DNA of 17,397 nt from Nitrososphaeraceae archaeon. GTDB lineage: Archaea > Thermoproteota > Nitrososphaeria > Nitrososphaerales > Nitrososphaeraceae. The stretch lies in contig DATFEP010000044.1 in the NCBI GenBank assembly GCA_035250975.1, positions 1-17,397 on the forward strand, written 5' to 3'. Under the pieces are notes generated by a model, which was not told the origin of the DNA, searched no databases, and was given only the letters and a program-made list of their open reading frames with translations. Positions 8,084-16,654 of this stretch are shown here, one piece after another. The translations under genes and the position numbers were made by a program. Each line of letters starts with the position of its first letter. The first letter of the stretch is position 1.

Positions 8084-9157
8084 ATGCACAAAAAAATTAG
8101 ATCCAGTGAAAATGCAATCCTGTTGATTAGTCTAGCAGTAATGATCCTTTTTCCAATATTACAACAATCATTTTCTCAGACAGGGGATAAAAAAATATTA
8201 AGAATTGGTTATTTCCCGAATATCAATCATGCTCAAGCAGTAATAGGAATAGGAAATGGAGATTTTCAAAAAGTATTAGGTAATAATATTGAAATTAAGT
8301 CTCTTGTATTTAATGCAGGTCCTTCTGCAATAGAAGCGTTATTTGCCAAACAAGTCGATGTTACATATGTCGGACCAAATCCAGCTATTAACGGATATGT
8401 TGTGTCAGGTGGTGAAGATATTAGGATAATATCAGGTGCCTCTAGTGGAGGAGCAGTATTCATTATTAGAGCTGATTCAGGTATAGAATCTACCAAAGAT
8501 TTTGCAAATAAGAAATTTGCATCGCCTCAACTAGGTAACACTCAAGACGTAGCGTTGAGAACTTACCTATTAGATAATGGATTTAAGACGACAGAAAATG
8601 GTGGAAATGTTACCGTTTTACCTGCAAAGAATCCAGATATAGTAACATTATTTCTGAAAAAGGAGATTGATGGCGCATGGGTTCCAGAGCCGTGGGGAGA
8701 ACGATTGATTAAAGAAGCTAACGGAAAATTATTCTTGGATGAACGTGATTTATGGCCTGATGGAAAATTTGTAACTGGTCTAATTGTTGCAAGATCCGAA
8801 TATCTAAAACAGAATCCTGATGTGATCGAAAAATTTCTTAAAGCTCATGTAGAAGAGAGTCAATGGATAAATAATAATAAAGAAGAAGCAGTAAAGGCTT
8901 TTAATACTGAACTCAAGAAGTTAACTGGACAGACAATACCAGAAGACACCTTGAAAGAATCATTGACAAGGCTCGAACTAACTTATGACCCCATACAACA
9001 ATCTCTATACAAATCGGCTAATGATGCTTTTGATATAGGATTTCTTGGAAAAACAAAACCTGATCTTTCTAATATATTTGATCTAAATATACAGAACAAA
9101 ATATTAGAAGAAAAGGCTGTAGTTAGCATAAATAGTACGACTAGTAACATATCCTAA
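8084..9157 (+). CDS. ssuA: ABC substrate-binding protein, aliphatic-sulfonate SsuA family
   Basis: Signal/anchor helix, then LRIGYFPNINHAQA, FNAGPSAIEAL, YVGPNPAIN, ASPQLGNTQDVALR and DGAWVPEPW, resembling Bacillus-type SsuA. Confidence 0.88.
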   Translation: MHKKIRSSENAILLISLAVMILFPILQQSFSQTGDKKILRIGYFPNINHAQAVIGIGNGDFQKVLGNNIEIKSLVFNAGPSAIEALFAKQVDVTYVGPNPAINGYVVSGGEDIRIISGASSGGAVFIIRADSGIESTKDFANKKFASPQLGNTQDVALRTYLLDNGFKTTENGGNVTVLPAKNPDIVTLFLKKEIDGAWVPEPWGERLIKEANGKLFLDERDLWPDGKFVTGLIVARSEYLKQNPDVIEKFLKAHVEESQWINNNKEEAVKAFNTELKKLTGQTIPEDTLKESLTRLELTYDPIQQSLYKSANDAFDIGFLGKTKPDLSNIFDLNIQNKILEEKAVVSINSTTSNIS

Positions 9158-9165
9158 AAATAGGT

Positions 9166-9384
9166 TTGCTGTCAATGTTACATAGGACAAATACAACAAC
9201 ATTAAAAAATCTTGCTGGAAAGATACTTTCTGTCATCTTTCCAGTTTTTTCCTTGTTATTCCTGTCATTTCTTTTCGTAGTAACTATTTACGAAACTTGC
9301 ACCAATGATCATTCAAGTGAAAAAACCTATCAACTAGAACTTTGTAAAAAATATGGAGTACTTCAAATGGATGATTGTCTATAA
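9166..9384 (+). CDS. Possible small membrane protein
   Basis: Starts 8 nt after the ssuA stop and has one hydrophobic segment plus three Cys; no recognised motif, may be spurious. Confidence 0.25.
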   Translation: MLSMLHRTNTTTLKNLAGKILSVIFPVFSLLFLSFLFVVTIYETCTNDHSSEKTYQLELCKKYGVLQMDDCL

Positions 9385-9914
9385 TTTAATTGCATTTGAA
9401 ATTATGAACTCGATAAATGTTGATATATTATCCGGTGCCTCTCGTAAAAGTTTTTATTTTTATACATCGTGTTATAAACATAATTAGATAAACAACCTCA
9501 TTCAATGATATACATATTTTGTAGATCATAATTTTGTTGATTTTTTGATAAAAGAATTTTAATTATCAAATTTTCAATTTTAATTTTAGGGTAATACATT
9601 GTAACAAAATTTTTCAGTAGTGAATCTACACGTGTTTTATATGCAGAAAAGTACAGAGTGGTTGGTAACAAGTCCATTTTGGATACGTGCAGAATCAAAA
9701 CTTTAAATTAATTTCTATATATCTAAAATCATTTAGTTTCATTTAATAGAAGTTATTAAAACAAAGAAAATACAATTATATAATAAATAATTATGATTTC
9801 AAGTTTTTTGATAACCATTCTATAAATATTATCAATTTTGTGGTTCTGGTTTAGTTTTTATTCAACTCTAAATCTTGTTAAAAAAAAATAAATATTTATC
9901 TAAAAATGAGTAAG

Positions 9915-10024
9915 TAATCTATACTATGAATTAGGGTAGGATATTGTGTGATCTTTATCCTACTATATAATACTACTGCCATCACATTGCTAACTAGATA
10001 GCAGTGCTCAGATAGTATAGTAAT
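9915..10024. mobile_element. MITE-like 102-bp element with terminal inverted repeats and flanking direct repeats
   Basis: Perfect 9-bp inverted repeats CTATACTAT (9919-9927) and ATAGTATAG (10012-10020), flanked by TAAT on both sides (9915-9918, 10021-10024), with two internal 8-bp hairpins. Confidence 0.5.
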
Positions 10025-10157
10025 ATTTTCACAGATAATTAATATATTTATATATTATCAATATTATTTATAATATAAACTATAGTAACAATAAAACTGT
10101 TAATAGCGCTATAATGCTAAAATAAAGAGGTAAACGATATTTTCATGTTTAAGGAGT

Positions 10158-11366
10158 TTGAAACTGAATAATTATAATATTGTTTATTTAATAATCATAA
10201 TTGTTACTTTATCTTCTATCCTAATATACAATACTAATTTTAATTTAAAAAGAGATCTTTCTAATCAATATGAGACTTTATTAGATTTCAATAGTCATAA
10301 CAAAAAAGCAGACGCAGTAGAATTTTCAGATAATGCAGAAAATACATTCGAGTATATCCTTGACATATCTGAATATTTAGGATTTAAGGGTTCTAAAAAT
10401 ATAACCGGTTCTGATAACGGTGATGGAAAAAATGATACTAAATCGATAATAGCATTTGATAGACTTGAATCCAATGATGATGATGAAAATTCAGAGTCAA
10501 AAAGGGAAAAAGAATCTAACCATAAATCAGATTTTAATTTTGTAGCTGTAGGAGATTGGGACTGTAAATCTGAAACTAAAGATACTGTGGAAAACATTTT
10601 GGACCATGACCCAGAAGTGGTTCTGGCACTAGGAGATCTTTCATATAATGGTAACGCAGAATGTTGGCTGGATATAATTGAACCAATATCAGAGAAAACT
10701 AAAATTGCAATAGGTAATCACGAAACTGATTCATCAAAAATTTTGAGAGATTATATGCAATATTTCGACTTAGAGAAACAATATTATTCTTTTAATTATA
10801 AAAATATTCACTTCATAGGATTATCTACAGAAATTCCATATGAAGAAGGATCAAAGCAATATGAATTTGTTGTACAGGACCTTAAAAAGTATTCTAAAGA
10901 TCCATCTATTGACTGGATTGTTGCATTTTTCCATAGACAAGCATACAGTTCCGGAGGAGGTCCAGATGATGAGGATGATTTTACAGAAACATATCATCCA
11001 TTGTTTGGTAAATTCAATGTGGTTCTGGCTTTACAAGGACATTTTCATGCATATGAAAGGTCATATCCAATTACTTTTAACAGCGAAGACGAAGGTAAAC
11101 CGATTGTAACTAATACAGACCCCAATACCTACATAAATCCGAAGGGAACAATTTTTGTAACTGCAGGAACTGGAGGAGCACATGATATGAAGATTTCAAA
11201 AAGTAAACCATATTCAGCTTTTGGATTAGACGGCGAATTTGGAATAGTAAATATTTCTGTGGAGAATGATGGAACCGTATTAAAAAGTTCATTTATAGAG
11301 AATAACGGTGACGAAGACGAATATGACCAGTTTGAGATCATTAAAGGAAAAATGAAAAATAAATAA
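10158..11366 (+). CDS. Membrane-anchored or secreted calcineurin-like metallophosphoesterase (purple acid phosphatase-like)
   Basis: N-terminal hydrophobic helix, acidic linker, metal motifs GDWD, GDLSY, GNHE, FFH and GHFHAYERS, plus VTAGTGG. Confidence 0.93.
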   Translation: MKLNNYNIVYLIIIIVTLSSILIYNTNFNLKRDLSNQYETLLDFNSHNKKADAVEFSDNAENTFEYILDISEYLGFKGSKNITGSDNGDGKNDTKSIIAFDRLESNDDDENSESKREKESNHKSDFNFVAVGDWDCKSETKDTVENILDHDPEVVLALGDLSYNGNAECWLDIIEPISEKTKIAIGNHETDSSKILRDYMQYFDLEKQYYSFNYKNIHFIGLSTEIPYEEGSKQYEFVVQDLKKYSKDPSIDWIVAFFHRQAYSSGGGPDDEDDFTETYHPLFGKFNVVLALQGHFHAYERSYPITFNSEDEGKPIVTNTDPNTYINPKGTIFVTAGTGGAHDMKISKSKPYSAFGLDGEFGIVNISVENDGTVLKSSFIENNGDEDEYDQFEIIKGKMKNK

Positions 11367-11698
11367 TAATATAGTTATATTATTTTCTAGAATGAAATAT
11401 TATAGCAAATCGTAAAGTTTGCATAGATACACTTCATTTTATAGTCACACAAGGAGATACAAGACCAAAGAATAACTTTCAAAATGTTAAATATAGTAAG
11501 AATTAACAGCGAAATCAAAATACAACTTAAGACACAAACGCCTTAAGAAGAAGAACTTATTTTTGTTTATTTATATTATTTAGTAATTAAACATCAGAAA
11601 AAATATATTTGTTAATATATCTTTAATTATAATTTCTTATATATTGGTTTTCGTTTCTTTGCTTTTTTTTGTAGTTATTATTTTTCTTCAAAATAGAT

Positions 11699-11854
11699 CT
11701 AAGTGAAATGTCGATTAACTACTCCGACTAGCAAGTAAATAATAAATCCAAGTGAAAAGGCAGAAAAAGCATGACTAATTATTTTTGATTTTATGTTCTT
11801 AACTAATTTTAATCCAATTCTGTCATCTGAAAATCTAAATGTTATTCGGGACAT
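11699..11854 (-). CDS. Possible 51-aa single-pass membrane protein (not in ORF track)
   Basis: Manual translation MSRITFRFSDDRIGLKLVKNIKSKIISHAFSAFSLGFIIYLLVGVVNRHFT; basic N-terminus, C-terminal hydrophobic helix, TTTTAATA about 20-25 nt upstream. Confidence 0.35.
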   Translation of the reverse strand: MSRITFRFSDDRIGLKLVKNIKSKIISHAFSAFSLGFIIYLLVGVVNRHFT

Positions 11855-12227
11855 ATCTAATATTATTAACTATTAAAAAATCAATCTATTATGGATTTTT
11901 CTATTTTTTTCTAATTTTATATTACATATATTTTTTACTGACAATTTTATTAGAAGAATATTAAAAGGCTTTTTTTATTTTTCCAATTCATCTTTTATCT
12001 TTAATCGAATTTTTTATTTATCAATATTGAATTTTATATATGAAGAACAATTGTAGTGCAATTATATATACATAATAGATTATATTTCAATCCTGTTCTT
12101 TTTCGTATAATAATATTATTTATCAAAAAGATCTACTTCTACCTTTGAAAAAAGTAATTACCCTTGTAATCACAGTCGATTGATAAACTTACTTAATGGA
12201 TGTTTTATATAAAATAAATTTGATCTT

Positions 12228-12546
12228 AGGGACCATATGTGTATCTATGTATAATACATTTATTCCATACTTTGTATGAATGATTTGAATAACCTTTTCT
12301 TGTACAAACACACTCCTTTCTTCGCAATGCTGATACCATAGATTCCTTTGTGGACTGTTTCAATAATAATTCCGGTCCATATATGTTTATGAGCCCCATT
12401 GTATTTTTGTTTGATCTATTGTACATAATTATTGGAAACAAAAATAAAAATGTAAAAACAATCAAAGTATTCTATTTCGCATGAAATCGAACATATATCA
12501 GATTCAAAATTAATAGCTAAATGGATGTCATTAAATTAACAGAGAC
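12228..12546 (-). mobile_element. Degenerate IS6-family (IS240-like DDE) element remnant with one terminal inverted repeat
   Basis: Minus-strand fragments IDQTKIQWGS* / IWTGIIIETVHKGIYGISIA / ERSVFVQEKVIQIIHTKYGINVLYID match the recalled consensus IDETxIxxG..xWxWxxIEP..K..LGIxISxERNMFVAExF...KYG...VxTDGG. GTCTCTGTTAATTTAA (12546-12531) resembles IS6 ends (GGYWCTGT). Confidence 0.7.
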
Positions 12547-12721
12547 AGAAAACAGTCTCAGCTATCTTAAGAAGAAAATAACAATAGTTGAAGATATTTT
12601 TGAAAATATTCCATTCTGGATTAAGAAGAATTTATTAATTTCGGTTTATTAATCTCCTTACCTAACAAAGTCAGAAGATTTATACTATAATAAAAATTAA
12701 GAAATATTTGAAAAGTACATT

Positions 12722-13165
12722 TTAGCTGATAGGCTCTCCACTTGCCACTATCTTGTAATCCGCTAATTTATTAAAAGCAATAACTTCTGTAATATCGAAA
12801 GGCACTTGTTTATCCGGTTTTAAAATGTAAGCAGGAGAAGTAATAAAATGATCGACTTTTTCTAATAAAATTCCATTTTTATCATAATATTCTGCATGAA
12901 CTTTTATTTCATGTAAATCATTTGTACTATTATTCTTTATATCACCTTTTATTTCAACTAAATTAGTTCCGCCTCTATCTACAAGAAGATTTTCAATTGT
13001 CAAATTTATCTGATCGACTTTCGTAGTGGCAGTATTATTTGCTGAGGAGGTTTGGGCTTCTATGTCCAAACCAAGAAAAGGAAAACTAAATGAAACCAAC
13101 GATACTATAGAAATATATCGAATTTTTTGATATTTATATGAACTGGACAGTCTATTCCTTATCAT
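12722..13165 (-). CDS. Secreted FxLYD-domain (Ig-like) protein
   Basis: Signal-like hydrophobic stretch, then IKGDIKNNS...VHAEYYDKNG..L...LKPDKQVPF, the FxLYD pattern. Confidence 0.8.
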   Translation of the reverse strand: MIRNRLSSSYKYQKIRYISIVSLVSFSFPFLGLDIEAQTSSANNTATTKVDQINLTIENLLVDRGGTNLVEIKGDIKNNSTNDLHEIKVHAEYYDKNGILLEKVDHFITSPAYILKPDKQVPFDITEVIAFNKLADYKIVASGEPIS

Positions 13166-13469
13166 CCTGATTAATTTATGGAGGCAGGGTATTTAAATTA
13201 ATTGAAAATTAAATGATTGTTTATTATTCTTTGTTTTGTACTGCGCAAGTCGTAAAGAATTTTAATGAAAATAATCATAGATAATTTATTATAATTTGTA
13301 ATGAGTTTAGTTTCTAATGTAATCTTTTATTTGCCACCTAATTCTCATTTGTATATTTCTGGTAAGTCTGAGTACGATTTCTATAATAGCAAAATTCACA
13401 ACAAATATGTGCCTATATACACATGTTTTAACAAGCAGATTATAATCTATATTAATTGTTCTTTCTATA

Positions 13470-14147
13470 TCAAACTAAAATATCTCTTATTTCTTTAAAA
13501 ATATTAGTCCACATAGACCAAGTTAATTTTCCCGTGTTGGTATTTTGTTTGCTTGGGTGATATGATACTATTAATATCTTATTATTATCTACATGGTACA
13601 TTAATCCATGCTTAAATTTTATATTTTTAATTTTATGAATCTTACAAAATTCATCAAAAGCTAATTTCCCTAAAGTTAGAAATATTTTACTATTTTGACT
13701 TAACAGTTTTAATTCTTTAGTTAAATATTCATTACAGTTACTAATTTCTACTGGCAACGGTTTGTTTTTGGGCGGAGCACATTTTACTATAGAGGTCACA
13801 TAAACATTGTTTAATACCAATCCATCATTCATATAATTGCTAAAAGATTGATTACAAAAATTATATTGGTATAAAGCCTTCATAAGCCAGTCACCTGAAC
13901 TATCTCCAGTAAACATTCTTCCTGTTCTATTTCCTCCATGCGCAGCAGGAGCTAGACCGATTATGATTAAACCAGCATTTAGATCGCCGAAACCACATAC
14001 TGGTTTAGACCAATAATCCAGATTTCTATATCGTTTAACTTTTTTGTTTTCAACATTTTTGATGTATTCTGCCAATCTCAAACATCTTTTACAATTTATA
14101 ATTCTTTGATTTACAAGAATTAAATCACTAAAAGAGTCCTCAGACAA
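13470..14147 (-). CDS. udgB: Uracil-DNA glycosylase, family 5 (UDGb), 4Fe-4S
   Basis: GLAPAAHGGNRTGRMFTGDSSG motif, YHPSKQNTNTG motif, and cluster cysteines in CKRC, KCAPP and SNC. Confidence 0.93.
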   Translation of the reverse strand: MSEDSFSDLILVNQRIINCKRCLRLAEYIKNVENKKVKRYRNLDYWSKPVCGFGDLNAGLIIIGLAPAAHGGNRTGRMFTGDSSGDWLMKALYQYNFCNQSFSNYMNDGLVLNNVYVTSIVKCAPPKNKPLPVEISNCNEYLTKELKLLSQNSKIFLTLGKLAFDEFCKIHKIKNIKFKHGLMYHVDNNKILIVSYHPSKQNTNTGKLTWSMWTNIFKEIRDILV

Positions 14148-14215
14148 TAGAAATACATTACATTAATAAAATTTAATCTTATGGCAAACGTAGCTGTCCG
14201 AAAATATACAAGAAA

Positions 14216-14662
14216 TTAATTAATTTCTATTGCTGAATGTAAGAATCTAAACCTCTTATAATCATCTAATATAATTTTTGATAGATGTTTAGTTATATCA
14301 CTTATGCTTAATATTCCGATTACCTTATTATTTTCTTCCATTACGGGAAGTCTTTTTATTTTATTTTTATTCATTTTCTTTGTGGCAGAATCTATTGAAT
14401 CATAGGACATTATTGTAATAATAGGAGAAGTCATTATTTCTTTACATTGTATTTTACCTGGAACAAGATTTTTAGCACAAATCTTTCTTACGATATCATG
14501 CTCAGTTATAATTCCAATCGGTAGAGCCTTCGAATCCAATACTATTACAGATCCAACATTCTTTTTTATCATCAATTTAGAAATATCTAATGCACTTAAA
14601 TTTGAATCCAGTCTTACGGTAAGAATAGTCTTATTTGACATTATTTCGCTTACTGCACTCAT
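14216..14662 (-). CDS. Stand-alone CBS-pair protein
   Basis: Two CBS repeats: VSEIM...M.KKNVGSVIV...GIITEHDI and EIMTSPIITI...M.KNKIKRLPV...GILSISDI. Confidence 0.93.
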   Translation of the reverse strand: MSAVSEIMSNKTILTVRLDSNLSALDISKLMIKKNVGSVIVLDSKALPIGIITEHDIVRKICAKNLVPGKIQCKEIMTSPIITIMSYDSIDSATKKMNKNKIKRLPVMEENNKVIGILSISDITKHLSKIILDDYKRFRFLHSAIEIN

Positions 14663-14757
14663 AATTTTATTGTAAATGAAGTCATTTTTTTAGTTAACTA
14701 ATGTTAATCTCATAAACATACGTCAGTAATACAACCTCGAAAAAAAGATTATGTTAA

Positions 14758-15173
14758 TTAAAAAATAAATATATTTAGTTCTAAAATCTGAGATAGAAAT
14801 ATAGTACCTGCAACTATAGCTAGAACTATTCCTATTAATTTTTTAAGAGTTGCTGGACTAAGACGATTTGTATATCTTGCTCCAAGAAACCCACCAATCA
14901 TTGCGGAAGGTCCTAAAATAATTAAATAAATTCACTTCATTGCTAACCACATGACCAATGACCAATAAATTCAAATGTGCCCATAATTGCTGATGTAACC
15001 ATATTAGTGCCAACTGCTATCTTTGGTTCAGTTTTAAGAATTTTTATCATTACAGGAAGTCTTATACTACCAAGAACAAGACCCACCATTCCGCCTATAA
15101 AACTAATGATGAATCCAACAGAGGATAAAACTAAAACACCAAATAAATCCAGCTCAATACTGAAAGTTAACAA
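14758..15173 (-). pseudogene. Frameshifted TauE/SafE (TSUP) sulfite-exporter-like gene, about half normal length
   Basis: GFIISFIGGMVGLVLGSIRLP...EPKIAVGTN...IGH, then after a frameshift IYLIILGPSAMIGGFLGARYTNRLSPATLKKLIGIVLAIVAGTIFLSQILELNIFIF* (stop 14758-14760). A 7-bp duplication ATGACCA x2 at 14951-14964 sits at the break. Confidence 0.8.
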
Positions 15174-15598
15174 TACTTAGAATATAAAGTTATTTGATTT
15201 ATGATTAGGACTAAAAAAATAAATATATGTTAACAATTTGCTTTTCAAATAAAGACAATATTTCTAAAACCTGGACTAGTGTTTGAAGATATATGTAATA
15301 TTTTGATTCTATTTTTAGTACCAATATTATATTGAGTAACCTTTCCAAACGACTATGATTATTATCAACATTATAAGAAATAAAAAAAAGTTCAATTTGA
15401 TATTTGAAACATATACTTTCTTTTGATGAATCCAAAGTTGTACTTTTGATTTCAACTGTTTTAGCAGTCCTAACAACTATAGACGAAATAAAGTTGATGA
15501 AAACAATACAAATATTTGAGATTTACATACCACAGATTTATTTTTTGACAAAATAGGCAATATAACCTAGATTAATTTCAGTAGAAATGGAACCACTA

Positions 15599-16474
15599 CT
15601 ACATTGGATAGGGTATTACCAGTACTTCTGAATTTTTAAATTTCTTGATAATAGCTGTTCTTATTACTTTAACAATTTCATGACTATCTTTCAGTGTCGA
15701 ATTCGGATCTAACTTGATGTGAACTTCAATATCAAAAGAATAACCTAATGGTCTCAATAAAACCTTTGATACAGGAACAGAGAAATTTTTTTCCACAAAG
15801 TTCTTGATATTATCACTTAATTGTGGACTGGCTACTGCATCTAATAATACAAATGTAGATTCTTTCAGAGCTACATAAGCCATAAAAAATATGTATCCTG
15901 CTATTATGATACTTCCAATAGAATCCATATATGGTATCCCAAAATATGCTGCTAGAACAGTTGCAAATCCAACAAACGAAGCAGAACCATCCTTAATTGA
16001 ATTTTTTGCATCCAATTTTAGAGAGATTAAATTATACTTTTTAGCAATCTTGTGTACACGAAATGCTCTATGTAGTGATATGGATCCCGCTGCCAAGAGG
16101 GTTATCATTGTTATTTCCGGATATGTAGTCTCTATTGGATGTAGTATTCTCTCATAAGCACTGTATATAATGAATAGCCCCAAGATAATTACTACGACTG
16201 CTGCGACAAATGCTGCAAAACTTTCTACCTTTGCATATCCGTATTGAAATAATCTGTTCTTTGGTTTTTGTATCATGTAAATTCCAAACCATACGATAAA
16301 TGAGATTAGTGCATCAGCCATCGAGTCCAGACCATCTGCAAGAAGAGTCAAACTACTTGTATAAAATGAGACAAGTAATTCTGCTATACCTATTGCCAAT
16401 AGAGTCCACATTGAAAGCCAAGCTGCATTTTTTCCTTCTTGAAATGCCAAGCTAGGTGACGAAGATTCGCTCAA
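15599..16474 (-). CDS. Cation diffusion facilitator (FieF/MntE-like)
   Basis: SLTLLADGLDSMAD (TM2), YGYAKVESFAAF, DAKNSIKD (TM5), six hydrophobic helices and a C-terminal dimerisation domain (EVHIKLDP...SHEI). Confidence 0.93.
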   Translation of the reverse strand: MSESSSPSLAFQEGKNAAWLSMWTLLAIGIAELLVSFYTSSLTLLADGLDSMADALISFIVWFGIYMIQKPKNRLFQYGYAKVESFAAFVAAVVVIILGLFIIYSAYERILHPIETTYPEITMITLLAAGSISLHRAFRVHKIAKKYNLISLKLDAKNSIKDGSASFVGFATVLAAYFGIPYMDSIGSIIIAGYIFFMAYVALKESTFVLLDAVASPQLSDNIKNFVEKNFSVPVSKVLLRPLGYSFDIEVHIKLDPNSTLKDSHEIVKVIRTAIIKKFKNSEVLVIPYPM

Positions 16475-16654
16475 GAATTAAATAATATTCATTTTATTTA
16501 AGATAATAATAATCTTTATCTTATCATGATTTATAAAAAAATCCATAGATGTTATCTAAATACCAGAAAAAAAGTCATTGATATTTAGAAATTATTTTGT
16601 TTGTAAAAAGAAAAAAAGGTAGTATGCTATATCCTGTTGTATGATGACACACTC

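Noticed and set aside
9975-10035. Box C/D sRNA or hammerhead ribozyme on the minus strand (CTGA-hairpin-TGATGG)
   Set aside because: Only a D'/C'-like pair is present. There is no convincing terminal C or D box and no CUGAnGA/GAAA hammerhead core.
12226-12465. 79-aa ORF
   Set aside because: It is an off-frame reading of the IS6 transposase remnant.
9498-15435. ORFs 9498-9698, 13301-13498 and 15211-15435
   Set aside because: Low-complexity I/K/N/Y/F-rich translations typical of chance ORFs in AT-rich spacers.
1407-16157. Shadow ORFs 1407-1649, 1680-1910, 3419-3787, 3836-4039, 7067-7249, 8266-8496, 10295-10597, 10840-11109, 11110-11292, 11129-11341, 14977-15180 and 15891-16157
   Set aside because: They are antisense or off-frame overlaps of well-supported genes and have no motifs.
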